NCBI GenBank assembly: GCA_965222155.1
Contig: CBDCTH010000004.1
Location: forward strand, 320,001 to 384,000
DNA length: 64,000 nucleotides
Source of the DNA: Gammaproteobacteria bacterium
GTDB lineage: Bacteria > Pseudomonadota > Gammaproteobacteria > Eutrophobiales > Eutrophobiaceae
Direction of reading: 5' to 3'
The notes below the pieces were generated by a model, which was not told where the DNA came from, did no database searches, and was given only the letters and a program-made list of their open reading frames with translations. Position 1 is the first letter of the stretch. Every line of letters begins with the position of its first letter. The position numbers were made by a program, and so were the translations under genes. Positions 32,499-42,921 of the stretch are shown here, one piece after another.

Positions 32499-33575
32499 TT
32501 ATCGCATAAAATGATATGCAGGATGTGCCCTTGGATAAGTCTTGACAAATTGAAGAAATCTAACTACGGATGCATCAGCTTCGGTTAGTAAACCAGGATC
32601 ATAATGCTGATCGCGGAGTATAATATGATCCTCATCCAGCATGGTTTCCCACATATCTGTAATTTCTGCTACTAATTCTCGTGCTTCAGCTTCCTCCTTA
32701 TCTGAACCATTGCCTTTGTGAACCGCCGTCACATAATAATGCGAACTTGTCCCTGGTTTTGGTATTCCCAAGGCTGATAATAGAAAATGCCAGCGACCAT
32801 TGAACGTTCCATGATTATGCCATAATGTGGTGCCTGTAATTTGTGCTTTATATACCAGTTTATCTTCCACTCCACCTGGTAATTGTCGGTTAACCGGGGC
32901 ATCAAATTTTACAGTGTATTTATCATATTGATAGCTAGTCTCAGGATCAGGCCTATCGACATCTGCAATACTCATGTGGTGTACACAAGCGAAATGAGCC
33001 CAGTCCGGGGTGTTGCCTCTGATAGACCATGGGTCAACCGGCCAAGGGGGGCGGGGATCTTCGTGGGTAGAGATCAGGAGTTCATCGGGTGTATATTTTC
33101 CATCTTCAAAAAGATCGGGGAATGGATAGAGCGGAGACACTCCGTTAAAGGCAAAGATTATTCCGCAATGCTCTTCAGTGGGGAATGAGAATAACTTTGC
33201 TCTGGCGGGTGGCTTATCTCCAACACCTGTTCGAATACATTGTCCCAGCTCATCATATTCCCAATGGTGGAACGCGCATCTGAGTTCGTTGCCAATAACC
33301 TTTCCGTTGGCGAGATTAGCGCCCATATGTAAACAATAAGCACTGAATACCTTTGCTATTCCATCTTCTCCACGGAAGATTACAACCTGTCCATCAAGAA
33401 AATCTTTGCCGATCACACTTCCCACTGAGACCTCTGATGATAAACAGATGGGAAACCACGATTGAGTAAACAGGTTGTCCGTACCTTCTACTGGAATAGA
33501 AAATCTATTTCTTGGCCTTTCCAGATGTGGCGAACCTGAAGCTGTATCAACGTTTGTATCAGTCATCATGACCAC
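32499..33575 (-). CDS. Rieske non-heme iron oxygenase, alpha subunit
   Basis: CLH...CAFH Rieske ligands; DWAHFACVH mononuclear iron site. Confidence 0.88.
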   Translation of the reverse strand: MVMMTDTNVDTASGSPHLERPRNRFSIPVEGTDNLFTQSWFPICLSSEVSVGSVIGKDFLDGQVVIFRGEDGIAKVFSAYCLHMGANLANGKVIGNELRCAFHHWEYDELGQCIRTGVGDKPPARAKLFSFPTEEHCGIIFAFNGVSPLYPFPDLFEDGKYTPDELLISTHEDPRPPWPVDPWSIRGNTPDWAHFACVHHMSIADVDRPDPETSYQYDKYTVKFDAPVNRQLPGGVEDKLVYKAQITGTTLWHNHGTFNGRWHFLLSALGIPKPGTSSHYYVTAVHKGNGSDKEEAEARELVAEITDMWETMLDEDHIILRDQHYDPGLLTEADASVVRFLQFVKTYPRAHPAYHFMR

Positions 33576-33722
33576 TCCATCTAATTGTTTAATAAGATTT
33601 ATCCTTTGTTATACCTGTTCAAATGGATTTTATTGGATCCCATATTCAGAATTTTTGAGTGGGATATTTATAAAGTTATTTGCACTAGGTAAATAAATAT
33701 CACTATAATGGTATAACAATTT

Positions 33723-33755
33723 TATAAAATATAAAATATAAAATATAAAATATAA
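33723..33755. repeat. TATAAAA x ~4.7 microsatellite in a divergent promoter region
   Basis: Directly visible between the Rieske and TonB-dependent receptor genes. Confidence 0.8.
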
Positions 33756-33889
33756 TTTGTTTTATATTAATTTAGGATTTAAAATAGCAGCATCAGTTGT
33801 GAGTTATATCTTAATTTGGGGCGAGCAGGAGTTAAGTCTCAATGGTGTTCTCTACTATGAAGTTTGATCAAGGTTAAGGGGGGCAGAAT

Positions 33890-36295
33890 ATGAATAGTAA
33901 CAATACACTAGTAAATCGTTTCGTTAATTGGCAATCAATTATAATTTTTCTCGCGATTTTCACTAACGGAACATATTTACCTATGACTTATGCGCAAAGC
34001 TCCATATTGGAAGAAGTGGTAGTTACAGCACGTAAAAGAGGAGCAGAATCTCTGCAAGACATCGGTGGCAGCATACAAGCGATCAATGGTGATGACCTGG
34101 CGGCAAATGCTGCAACTGGATTTAACGATTATATGAGATTGGTACCTAGCTTAGCCTACAATAACTCAGGGCCTGGTCAGACCCAATTACAGTTGCGCGG
34201 TGTCAATACGACAAGATTGAACCGCTTTAACGCAAACGTACCTGCAACAGTTGGTGTCTTTTTTGATGAAACCCCTTTGACAACATCTGGTTATCAGCCC
34301 GATTCAGGATTGATTGATATAGACCGTGTCGAAGTGCTGCGCGGCCCTCAGGGAACATTATTCGGGGCCAGTTCCATGTCGGGTGCGATCCGCATCATTC
34401 CCAAAGCGCCTGACTTTGAAGAGTTCGCGGCTGAAGGAGGTGTTTCTGCCTCACATACGAAACATGGTGACCCCAATTATGCGGGACATGCGGTAGTCAA
34501 TCTACCTGTTGCAGATAATTTCGCCGCGCGTTTCGTGGGTTTTAGTCATTCTAATGGTGGATTCATTGATAATGTCTATCCTCTTGGCGGCGATGAGGAC
34601 TATAACAGTGACGATACCTGGGGCGGCCGTGTTTCCGGTCTCTGGGATGCCTCTGATGACCTAACCTTGAAAGGCACATTTGCCTACCAGAAGACTAAGG
34701 CGGATGGCCGACCGGATGAGTACGTCCCAAATGACCCGATGGCGGGTATAGCAGCAGTAATGCAAGTAAGTCATCTTATATCCAGCGAATCACTGTCGCA
34801 GTGGCAGGTAACAGATGAGTTACAAACAGCAAAACCCATTGATGAAACGTTTGATGATGAAATGTGGTTTGCTACATTGCAGGCTGACTGGACGGTGAAC
34901 GAACGCTTACAGGTAACGTCTGTGACTGCCTATTCAGAACGGGACATTCTGGATATTCTGGAGGATACCCCGCGTTTTCGCGATTTTGCTTTACAGGCCG
35001 GCGGCATGTGTGGGGCAGTTTCCGGAGCCTGTGTTGGCGCCAACAACGATATTCCGGTTGTGGGTGCAACAAACATCAATGATACAAGGATGGAGCGTTT
35101 CAGCCAGGACCTGCGTGCCAATTTTGAATTAACAGAAAATATCTCAGGCCTGTTGGGATTCTATTATGAAGATGAACAACGTCTTTTTATATCGGATCTG
35201 CCAATACCCGGGTGGGATGCCTGGACACTTACTCCGATTGGCAGCTTCTATGGTTTTGTGCCCCCCAGCGTAATAGCTGATTCTGAAGGTATTGACAACA
35301 CCTTTCACGGTGTATTCGATATAAAAACAGAACAATTTGCGTTTTACGGCGAAGCGTCACTTCGTTTTGGCGATATCGAAGTTACTGGAGGGTTCCGCTA
35401 CTTCGATTATACACAAGATACATTCCTGGACTGGGCAGGCTGGGCCGAGTTTGGCCGCGATATAGTTGATGAATCAATATCGGAAAATGGCGTCAATCCA
35501 AAAGGTGAAATTGTCTACCATGTAAACGATGACATGCTGTTTTACGCCTCTGTAACGAAAGGATTCCGCTTGGGCGCTGTATCGCAAGTTGTCAACCTGG
35601 GTTTTTGTGCGGATGAAATTGCGGGCCTGGGAATAACCGAACTTCCACCCTTCGTTGAAAGCGATTCACTTTGGAATTACGAAGGGGGTGTTAAAGCAAC
35701 ATTATTAGGTAATACCACAGTACGTGTTTCGGGATACCATATCGACTGGAAAGATGCGCGAAATACGGTGAATCTCCAGTGTGGATGGATCGTCGAATTA
35801 GGGGATCTCCAGGTAGACAGTGATGGTATGGAATTGGAAGTCGCAAGTCAACTCGGTGAAGGTTTGTCTGTAAATTTTGCACTGGGATATAACAAATCTG
35901 AATTGAGTAAGGATGCGGGCAACATTAACGCATTTGCAGGTGACAGGACGCCATATGTTCCGGAATGGACCGCCAATGTTGGTTTTAGTTACGTTAACCC
36001 CGAGGCTTTTTTAGGTTGGGATTGGTCACTTCGAGGAGATATGTCATACGTCGATGATCAGGTTACCGAGTTAGGGACCGGCGGTGCCGTGCCGCTTCGT
36101 ACTATTCCCAGTAGTACAACCTTCAACCTTTACACTGGTTTTGCCACCGATAAGTGGGAGTTAACCCTCTATGCTAAAAACTTGACGAATGAAAGAGTGG
36201 TCACAGGTGCAGATTTTGATCGTCGACAACCGTTACATTATACACGGGGTCGACCGCTTAACATTGGTGCATCCCTGCGCTTTTTTTTCAATTGA
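33890..36295 (+). CDS. TonB-dependent receptor
   Basis: Signal peptide, LEEVVVTARKR TonB box, DIDRVEVLRGPQGTLFG plug motif, aromatic C-terminus. Confidence 0.95.
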   Translation: MNSNNTLVNRFVNWQSIIIFLAIFTNGTYLPMTYAQSSILEEVVVTARKRGAESLQDIGGSIQAINGDDLAANAATGFNDYMRLVPSLAYNNSGPGQTQLQLRGVNTTRLNRFNANVPATVGVFFDETPLTTSGYQPDSGLIDIDRVEVLRGPQGTLFGASSMSGAIRIIPKAPDFEEFAAEGGVSASHTKHGDPNYAGHAVVNLPVADNFAARFVGFSHSNGGFIDNVYPLGGDEDYNSDDTWGGRVSGLWDASDDLTLKGTFAYQKTKADGRPDEYVPNDPMAGIAAVMQVSHLISSESLSQWQVTDELQTAKPIDETFDDEMWFATLQADWTVNERLQVTSVTAYSERDILDILEDTPRFRDFALQAGGMCGAVSGACVGANNDIPVVGATNINDTRMERFSQDLRANFELTENISGLLGFYYEDEQRLFISDLPIPGWDAWTLTPIGSFYGFVPPSVIADSEGIDNTFHGVFDIKTEQFAFYGEASLRFGDIEVTGGFRYFDYTQDTFLDWAGWAEFGRDIVDESISENGVNPKGEIVYHVNDDMLFYASVTKGFRLGAVSQVVNLGFCADEIAGLGITELPPFVESDSLWNYEGGVKATLLGNTTVRVSGYHIDWKDARNTVNLQCGWIVELGDLQVDSDGMELEVASQLGEGLSVNFALGYNKSELSKDAGNINAFAGDRTPYVPEWTANVGFSYVNPEAFLGWDWSLRGDMSYVDDQVTELGTGGAVPLRTIPSSTTFNLYTGFATDKWELTLYAKNLTNERVVTGADFDRRQPLHYTRGRPLNIGASLRFFFN

Positions 36296-36449
36296 TTGAA
36301 GATTGGAGCTTCGCTTAAACCCTGTTCAAGGCAGAGGGTCGGTCGGGTTAATAATATCTCAACTTTGACGCGAATGTTCGGGTTCATGGATGGGCATGTC
36401 ATTGGTTTTATAAAACTTGGCCTGATAGCTCGAAACGAGGGATGATATT

Positions 36450-37322
36450 ATGAAAGTGGCTTTTATTGGGCTCGGTATCATGGGCAGCCGAATGGCTCAA
36501 AATCTCCTAAGCGCAGGGCATGAATTAGTTGTACACAACCGGACCCATTCAAAAGCGGAGGGATTGCTTAGCAATGGTGCTGTTTTTGCCGAAGCACCTC
36601 CCATAGCAGCACAGGGTGCGGATGTATTGATCACGATGCTTGCTGAGCCTGCCACGGTTAATGCGGTGGCACGAGGCGAGCATGGTTTTCTCAATAGTTT
36701 GTCTCACGACACCGTATGGATGGATTGTAGTACCGTCGATCCAGCTTTCGCACGCGAAATAGCTGCCGAGTGCAAACAGCGAGGGCTTCGCTTTCTCGAA
36801 ACGCCGGTCTCGGGCACACGTGTGCATGCAGAAGAAGGTGCTTTAAAATTTAGTGTGGGAGGAGATAAGACCGATCTAGAGGTGGTTAGACCATTGATGG
36901 AAATTATGGGTAGTCAAATTGATTACTTAGGTCCATGCGGTAGCGCCTCTTCCATGAAATTGGTATTGAACCATATGATGGCATGCTCGGTTACGGCGTT
37001 CGCGGAAAGTGCTGTGCTAGGTCAGGCTCTGGGAATTGATCGCGATATGTTATTCGACCAAATAACAGGTAGTGTTGTTGCGGCACCTTTTTTAGTGACT
37101 GAAAAGGAAAAGATGAAGGGAATGGAATTCGAAATCGATTTCCCGCTGAACTTAATGACTAAGGACATGACGTTAATCTCCCAAGCCGCCTATGATGTGG
37201 GAGTCGTGATGCCGATAGCAAACTGTGTAAAAGAATCATATCAACTTGCAGAAGAGCATGGATATGGCGATGACGACTATACCGCTATTTATAAATTTTT
37301 AAATCATACGCAGTGTAAATAG
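36450..37322 (+). CDS. Beta-hydroxyacid dehydrogenase / imine-reductase-like NAD(P) oxidoreductase
   Basis: FIGLGIMGSRMA, DCSTV, PVSG, MKLVLN. Confidence 0.85.
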   Translation: MKVAFIGLGIMGSRMAQNLLSAGHELVVHNRTHSKAEGLLSNGAVFAEAPPIAAQGADVLITMLAEPATVNAVARGEHGFLNSLSHDTVWMDCSTVDPAFAREIAAECKQRGLRFLETPVSGTRVHAEEGALKFSVGGDKTDLEVVRPLMEIMGSQIDYLGPCGSASSMKLVLNHMMACSVTAFAESAVLGQALGIDRDMLFDQITGSVVAAPFLVTEKEKMKGMEFEIDFPLNLMTKDMTLISQAAYDVGVVMPIANCVKESYQLAEEHGYGDDDYTAIYKFLNHTQCK

Positions 37323-37400
37323 TATATTTGGGTTTGAAACTAAGGTGAGACATCACACCAGCGAAATAAATAGCCGAGGTTCTACCACGGAGAGAAGTTG

Positions 37401-38459
37401 ATGCAATTTTCCAATATGATTACTGCAGTAGATGCACATGCTTGTGGAGAGCCTGGGCGTGTCATTACAGCGGGAGTGTTAGATGTGCCCGGGCAGTCAA
37501 TGTTCGACAAGATGAAGTGGATGGAAGCCAATGCCGATTACATCCGTCTGCGGATGTTACGTGAGCCCAGGGGGTATCCGGTCCTGTGCTGCAATGTCAT
37601 CATGCCTCCAACTCACCCCGACGCAGATGCTGGTTATATCATCATGGAACAGACGGAATACCCACCCATGTCAGGAACCAATACCATCTGTGTGACTACA
37701 GTGCTTCTTGAGTGCGGAATGATCCCCATGGTTGAACCCGTGACAGAATTGACATTAGAAGCCCCTGCAGGGTTGATCAAGGTTAAGGCGGATTGTGAGA
37801 ATGGAAAGGTAAAACAAGTCACTTTTAAAAACGTACCGGCATTTGCCATGCATCTGGACGCTGAAATTGATGTACCCCATTTGGGACGGGTTGTCGTTGA
37901 TATTGCCTGGGGAGGAATGTTCTATGTCATTGCCGATGCACAAAAACTAGGGATTGAACTCAGTTCTGAAAATGGTGGAGAGATCGCACGTGTGAGTGAA
38001 ATGCTACGTGTCGCTACTTGTGAACAATTACCTGTCGTCCATCCTGAAAATGATCAGATTACGGGGCCCACGATCTCTCAAATCTCCGGTCCACCAACAC
38101 ATCCTGATGCGAGTCGTAAAAATGCTGTGACAGTCGCGACCGGAATACTTGATTGGAAGCGACCGTCAACTTGGACTGGGGTTTTAGATAGGTCTCCTTG
38201 TGGCACCGGCACGTGTGCCAAAATGGCCGTGATGTATGCTAAGGGTGAATTAGCTCTCAATGAAAGATTTTGCCACGAAGGGGTGTTGGGAACCCTTTTC
38301 AATGGTAGTTTAACCGAAGAAACCCAGGTTGGCGGGTATAAGGCTGTTGTACCTACAATCAGTGGCCAAGCCTGGATTACAGGATTTGCCAACTATGTAT
38401 TAGATCCTTCCGATCCCTTTCCCAGCGGTTATAGAGTAGGTGATATTTGGGCCGGTTAG
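37401..38459 (+). CDS. Proline racemase-family enzyme (Ser/Cys active-site pair)
   Basis: DAHACGEPGRV, LREPRG, YPPMSGTN, DRSPCGTG. Confidence 0.9.
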   Translation: MQFSNMITAVDAHACGEPGRVITAGVLDVPGQSMFDKMKWMEANADYIRLRMLREPRGYPVLCCNVIMPPTHPDADAGYIIMEQTEYPPMSGTNTICVTTVLLECGMIPMVEPVTELTLEAPAGLIKVKADCENGKVKQVTFKNVPAFAMHLDAEIDVPHLGRVVVDIAWGGMFYVIADAQKLGIELSSENGGEIARVSEMLRVATCEQLPVVHPENDQITGPTISQISGPPTHPDASRKNAVTVATGILDWKRPSTWTGVLDRSPCGTGTCAKMAVMYAKGELALNERFCHEGVLGTLFNGSLTEETQVGGYKAVVPTISGQAWITGFANYVLDPSDPFPSGYRVGDIWAG

Positions 38460-38530
38460 GAGCTGAATTCATTTTTCAACATAATTTCTGAGAACACTAA
38501 CCTGTATTCTCATTACGGGATAACAAATTT

Positions 38531-39025
38531 TTGATAAAACTTGTAAAAATAAGTTTCATGGTATCAATTGCACTTTGGGGCCTACTAGGTGGCATAGCTA
38601 ATTTGATGGCCTACCGGGATGGATATAATTCTGTTGCATTCGTTTTTTCTATGGAAGGAGCAATAAATGCTCCCGGCCTATGGCGTGCAATAGAAAGTCC
38701 GCCACTCATTCATATCGGGTTTGCTTTTATCTGGATTTCAAAATTAGCCATCGGATCGTTATGTTCGATTAGTGCCTTACAGCTTTGGAAGGTTCGTAAT
38801 ACAACTGTAGACGCCTTTAATTCGGCAAAAACTTTAGGCCTGGTGGGGGCTGGTATTTCCATGTTCATGCTTTTCTTTGGATTTGTCGTTATCTCTGGTA
38901 CTTATTTTGAGCTATGGCGGGACGTAGAAACAATGGGATACGAAGCGCATGTGTATGCATTCATATATTTTGGTTTTATTGGCATCCTGACCTTATTCAT
39001 CGCTCAACCAGAAATCGATAATTAG
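38531..39025 (+). CDS. Small membrane protein (DUF2165-like)
   Basis: Four hydrophobic segments, VFSME and WRAI..P motifs. Confidence 0.6.
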   Translation: MIKLVKISFMVSIALWGLLGGIANLMAYRDGYNSVAFVFSMEGAINAPGLWRAIESPPLIHIGFAFIWISKLAIGSLCSISALQLWKVRNTTVDAFNSAKTLGLVGAGISMFMLFFGFVVISGTYFELWRDVETMGYEAHVYAFIYFGFIGILTLFIAQPEIDN

Positions 39026-39096
39026 TGGAATTCATCAAAATAAATCTTTATTCAGTCTGTAGGCATCATTATGAACACCAATATGTGAGGTAGGAT

Positions 39097-39501
39097 ATGG
39101 TCAGTAATCGAAAGGTATTTCATTTGCATGAAGAAGCAGAAACCAATTTCGGATTTTCCCAGGCGGTCAAGGCAGGCAACTTGTTGTTTGTGTCAGGAAC
39201 GGTCTCAAGTAATGATGCCTTAGAGGCAGTGGAGACAGATAATATTGCTGGTCAATACCGTGTTATCTATGACAAGTTAAAGAGAACACTTGAAGCATTT
39301 AACTTAGGCTTCGGCCATGTGGTTAAAGAAAATATCTTCACGGAAGATTTAGCTGCTTTTTTTGAGAGCGGTAATGAAGTTCGGATGGAATATTATGACG
39401 GACTTGACTACTACCCTGCTGCTACAGCGGTTGAATCTTCACGAATCGCGTTTGATGGAAACCTGGTTGAAATCGAGTTAGTTGCAGTTTTTCCAGACTA
39501 A
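39097..39501 (+). CDS. RidA/YjgF-family imine deaminase
   Basis: FSQAVKAGNLLFVSG, VVKENIF, PAAT, LVEIE. Confidence 0.88.
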   Translation: MVSNRKVFHLHEEAETNFGFSQAVKAGNLLFVSGTVSSNDALEAVETDNIAGQYRVIYDKLKRTLEAFNLGFGHVVKENIFTEDLAAFFESGNEVRMEYYDGLDYYPAATAVESSRIAFDGNLVEIELVAVFPD

Positions 39502-39536
39502 CTTAAATGGGTCTGGATGCAATATCAGGAAAAATA

Positions 39537-40523
39537 ATGACTTTAAACGCTAACACGAAAATATGGATGTATGAGCAGATGCTCAAGAATCGTTACTTTG
39601 AAGCATGTATGACGGACGTCTATATGGAAGGGAAGAGTCCAAAGTTTGATTTAGCGAAAGGTATTTTTCCTGGAGAGTACCATGTGTCAGCCGGACAAGA
39701 ACCATGTGCAGCAGGTGTGATACCGCATTTACGCCATGATGACTGGTGCGGTACAGGCCACCGCTCACATCATATTGCTATAGCAAGAGGTGTTTCCGGC
39801 AAAGGAATGGCCGCGGAAATGCTGGGTAAAAAAACAGGACTTTGCAAAGGCTACGGTGGTCATATGCACTTATTTGATAAGAGTAAGAACTTTTCCACAA
39901 CAGGGATAGTTGCCGAAGGTATGCCAATGGCGCTAGGTGCAGCGCTGAGTTACAAAATGCGTGGCAGAGATAATGTTGCGGTCGTGTTTGTCGGCGAGGG
40001 TGCCGCAAATCAGGGAGCATTCCATGAAACGCTGAATATGGCTGGTTTATGGCGATTACCCTTAATTACCATTATAGAAGATAACTCATGGGGGGTATCC
40101 GTCTCAAAAAAAGAATCAACAGCCGTAGAGTCCAATGTTGCCAGGGCCGAGGGCTATAACATGCCGGGGATCCTGGTAGAAGATAATGATCCCTATCTGG
40201 TATATGAAGCAGCACGAGAGGCTGTAGGCAGGGCACGTGAAGGCGCTGGGCCGACGCTAATTGAGATTCAAACCGTACGGATGGAGGGGCATTTTAAAGG
40301 AGACGTCGAGCAGTATCGACCGGCCGAAGAAAAGAGTGCTTTGCCAGAAAACGATCCTATACCCAAACTACGCGCAAGACTATTAGACGAAAAAGTAACA
40401 ACAGAAGATGACCTGACGCGGCTGGAAGATGAAGTAAAAAAGGAAGTGGACTCATGGATAGTCTATGCACGTGAGAGTGAATATCCACGGCCTGAAGATG
40501 CATTAATTACTTCTTATGAATAA
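39537..40523 (+). CDS. TPP-dependent dehydrogenase E1 alpha (AcoA/PdhA-like)
   Basis: HVSAGQE, GYGGHMH, GEGAANQGAFHE. Confidence 0.9.
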   Translation: MTLNANTKIWMYEQMLKNRYFEACMTDVYMEGKSPKFDLAKGIFPGEYHVSAGQEPCAAGVIPHLRHDDWCGTGHRSHHIAIARGVSGKGMAAEMLGKKTGLCKGYGGHMHLFDKSKNFSTTGIVAEGMPMALGAALSYKMRGRDNVAVVFVGEGAANQGAFHETLNMAGLWRLPLITIIEDNSWGVSVSKKESTAVESNVARAEGYNMPGILVEDNDPYLVYEAAREAVGRAREGAGPTLIEIQTVRMEGHFKGDVEQYRPAEEKSALPENDPIPKLRARLLDEKVTTEDDLTRLEDEVKKEVDSWIVYARESEYPRPEDALITSYE

Positions 40524-40570
40524 ATAATAACACTCAGAGTTTACCAGGCAGATTAAAGAGAAGAATCGTA

Positions 40571-41584
40571 ATGACAAGCGTGAGTAATAGAAAGCTCAAC
40601 ATGGGGCGCGCCATCAGTGAGTCAATTGCTCAAGAAATGCGGCTTGATGATCGTGTGTTTTGTATGGGAGAGGACATTAGACACGTTGGTGGGATTTGGG
40701 GACATACCGCAGGTCTCTATGATGAATTCGGAGCAGAACGAATTATAGATACACCGATTTCAGAAACCGGATTCATTGGTGCCGGTGTTGGTGCGGCGAT
40801 TGAAGGTATGCGACCTATCGTTGATTTGATGTTTGTCGATTTCTTTGGTGTTTGTATGGGGCAAATCTACAGTGCTGCTGGCAAAACCCCTTACATGTCA
40901 GGAGGGCAAGTATCTGTACCGTTGGTTATCAATACTGCTGTTGGTGGAAGCTATGGTGACGCTGCACAGCATTCGCAGTGTTTGTACAGCACATTCGCCC
41001 ATTTACCTGGCCTCAAGGTAGTAATGCCCTCAAATTCCTATGATGCCAAAGGAATGATGACCTCTGCTATCAGAGATGATTCCCCGGTTGTATTCATGCT
41101 GCATAAAAATTGCCTGGGCGTTCCGTTTCTAGGGATCGAAGAACGAGCAACCGTAAATGTTCCCCGTGAACAGTATTGTACTCCCCTCAATAAAGCCAAT
41201 GTTATACGTGAAGGAACAGATGTGACTATCGTTAGCATGGGCATATGCCTTTATCATAGCCTCGACGCAGCAGATTCATTAGGAAAAGAGGGAATAAGTG
41301 CTGAGGTTATCGATATTCGTTCAATCGCACCGCTTGATCGTGAAACAATATTCAATTCAGTTGAAAAAACCGGGAGACTGGTCGCTGTAGATGATGATTA
41401 TCTAAGCTATGGCGTTGGTGCTGAAATTATATCGAGTGTCGTAGAAACCGATGTTCGAATTCTGAAATCCTCACCTCGACGAGTCGCCTATCCTGATATA
41501 TCAGTACCATTTTCTCCCCCTATGGAACAGTTCGCCTTGCCAAATGCGGAAAAAGTACTAGCAGCCATAAAAACAACTTTTTAA
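40571..41584 (+). CDS. Dehydrogenase E1 beta (AcoB/PdhB-like)
   Basis: MGEDI, DTPISE, AAQHSQ, PGLKVV, EVIDIRSIAPLD. Confidence 0.9.
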   Translation: MTSVSNRKLNMGRAISESIAQEMRLDDRVFCMGEDIRHVGGIWGHTAGLYDEFGAERIIDTPISETGFIGAGVGAAIEGMRPIVDLMFVDFFGVCMGQIYSAAGKTPYMSGGQVSVPLVINTAVGGSYGDAAQHSQCLYSTFAHLPGLKVVMPSNSYDAKGMMTSAIRDDSPVVFMLHKNCLGVPFLGIEERATVNVPREQYCTPLNKANVIREGTDVTIVSMGICLYHSLDAADSLGKEGISAEVIDIRSIAPLDRETIFNSVEKTGRLVAVDDDYLSYGVGAEIISSVVETDVRILKSSPRRVAYPDISVPFSPPMEQFALPNAEKVLAAIKTTF

Positions 41585-41594
41585 GAAATCTAAT

Positions 41595-41825
41595 ATGGAT
41601 AACACAACAAAATTAGTATGGGAAGGAGATGGCGGTAGCCTGTTATCCCAATGGTTTTTCGAAGATGGTGATGATGTTGAAAAAGGAGACTTATTATGCG
41701 AATTAATGCAGGAGAAGGTGGCAGTTGAGGTGGAAGCGCCCGTATCTGGAAAATTAAAAATTATTATTTCCGAACCCGATACGGAAATTGCGCCGGGCAC
41801 ATTAATCGGTGAAATTTCAAGTTGA
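41595..41825 (+). CDS. Stand-alone lipoyl-domain protein
   Basis: W..EDGDDVEKGD..CELMQEKVAVEVEAPVSG. Confidence 0.85.
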   Translation: MDNTTKLVWEGDGGSLLSQWFFEDGDDVEKGDLLCELMQEKVAVEVEAPVSGKLKIIISEPDTEIAPGTLIGEISS

Positions 41826-41849
41826 GTGTAATGTAGAGAAACATGATTT

Positions 41850-42824
41850 ATGAGTAACGATTCAGGAGTGTCATCATCGATACCCAAAATCATAAATGCA
41901 AATACAGTACTCGAAGCGACACCAATGGAAGTCCTGGTCGATGTAATTGATCATGCGTTTGCCCATCCTCCCGTTGCCCCTGAACGGCATCATCACACCA
42001 TGGAAGTCCATGAAAACGAACCTGATGCTACTTTACTGCTTATGCCAGCCTGGCGACCGGGCAAACATTTAGGCGTTAAAATAGCAACAGTTTTCCCAGG
42101 AGCCAATGCCATGGGCCTGCCCGCAGTGCAGGCTACTTATATACTGAGTCACGGCGAATCGGGTCAATTACTTGCCATTATTGATGGCAGCATGTTGACC
42201 GCACGTCGAACTGCAGCAGCTTCGGCTGTAGCCTCACGTTATTTGGCCGAAGAAGATGCCGAGACATTACTAATGGTTGGAACCGGAGCGCAAGCTCCTC
42301 ACTTGATTGAAGCGCATAGTTGTGTGCGTCCAATCAGAAAAGTATTAGTTTGGGGGAGACAAACGGAGAAAGCCAAAAACCTTATCGAACGTGTTAAAAA
42401 AGACAATATCGAATATGAGGTTGTATCTGATCTAGAATCGGCAGCCAAAATGGCAGATATAATTTCCTCTGCAACATTGTCTGAACAACCACTAATTCTA
42501 GGAGCCTGGCTAAAACCCGGTGTCCATGTGGATTTGGTAGGTAGCTTTAAACCCAATATGCGAGAAACCGATAATGAAGCGATTCAAATTGCCAAGGTGT
42601 TTGTGGATACACGCGCAGGCGCACTTTCCGAAGCTGGAGATCTCATTCAACCGATAGCCGCTAATCTATTTAGTGAGGAGTCAGTAATAGCTGAACTTTC
42701 TGAATTGTGTTCCGGCAAATGTGAAGGACGTACATCTTCCGATGAAATCACCCTTTTTAAGTCTGTTGGTGCGTCATTAGAAGACTTGGCAGCAGCTGAG
42801 ATGTTAATTAACTTAATTCAATAA
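41850..42824 (+). CDS. Ornithine cyclodeaminase/mu-crystallin family (probable delta1-pyrroline-2-carboxylate reductase)
   Basis: LLLMPAW, LTARRTAAASA, VGTGAQA, LFKSVGASLEDLAAA; context with racemase and AcnX. Confidence 0.85.
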   Translation: MSNDSGVSSSIPKIINANTVLEATPMEVLVDVIDHAFAHPPVAPERHHHTMEVHENEPDATLLLMPAWRPGKHLGVKIATVFPGANAMGLPAVQATYILSHGESGQLLAIIDGSMLTARRTAAASAVASRYLAEEDAETLLMVGTGAQAPHLIEAHSCVRPIRKVLVWGRQTEKAKNLIERVKKDNIEYEVVSDLESAAKMADIISSATLSEQPLILGAWLKPGVHVDLVGSFKPNMRETDNEAIQIAKVFVDTRAGALSEAGDLIQPIAANLFSEESVIAELSELCSGKCEGRTSSDEITLFKSVGASLEDLAAAEMLINLIQ

Positions 42825-42921
42825 TATTGAATTTTGTACTTATCTCCTTGGTTTTAGTTATTGCTTTTGCGTGTTCGCACTTCCGTAATCAAACCAGAGA
42901 ACGTAATTTGTAGGATAAATA

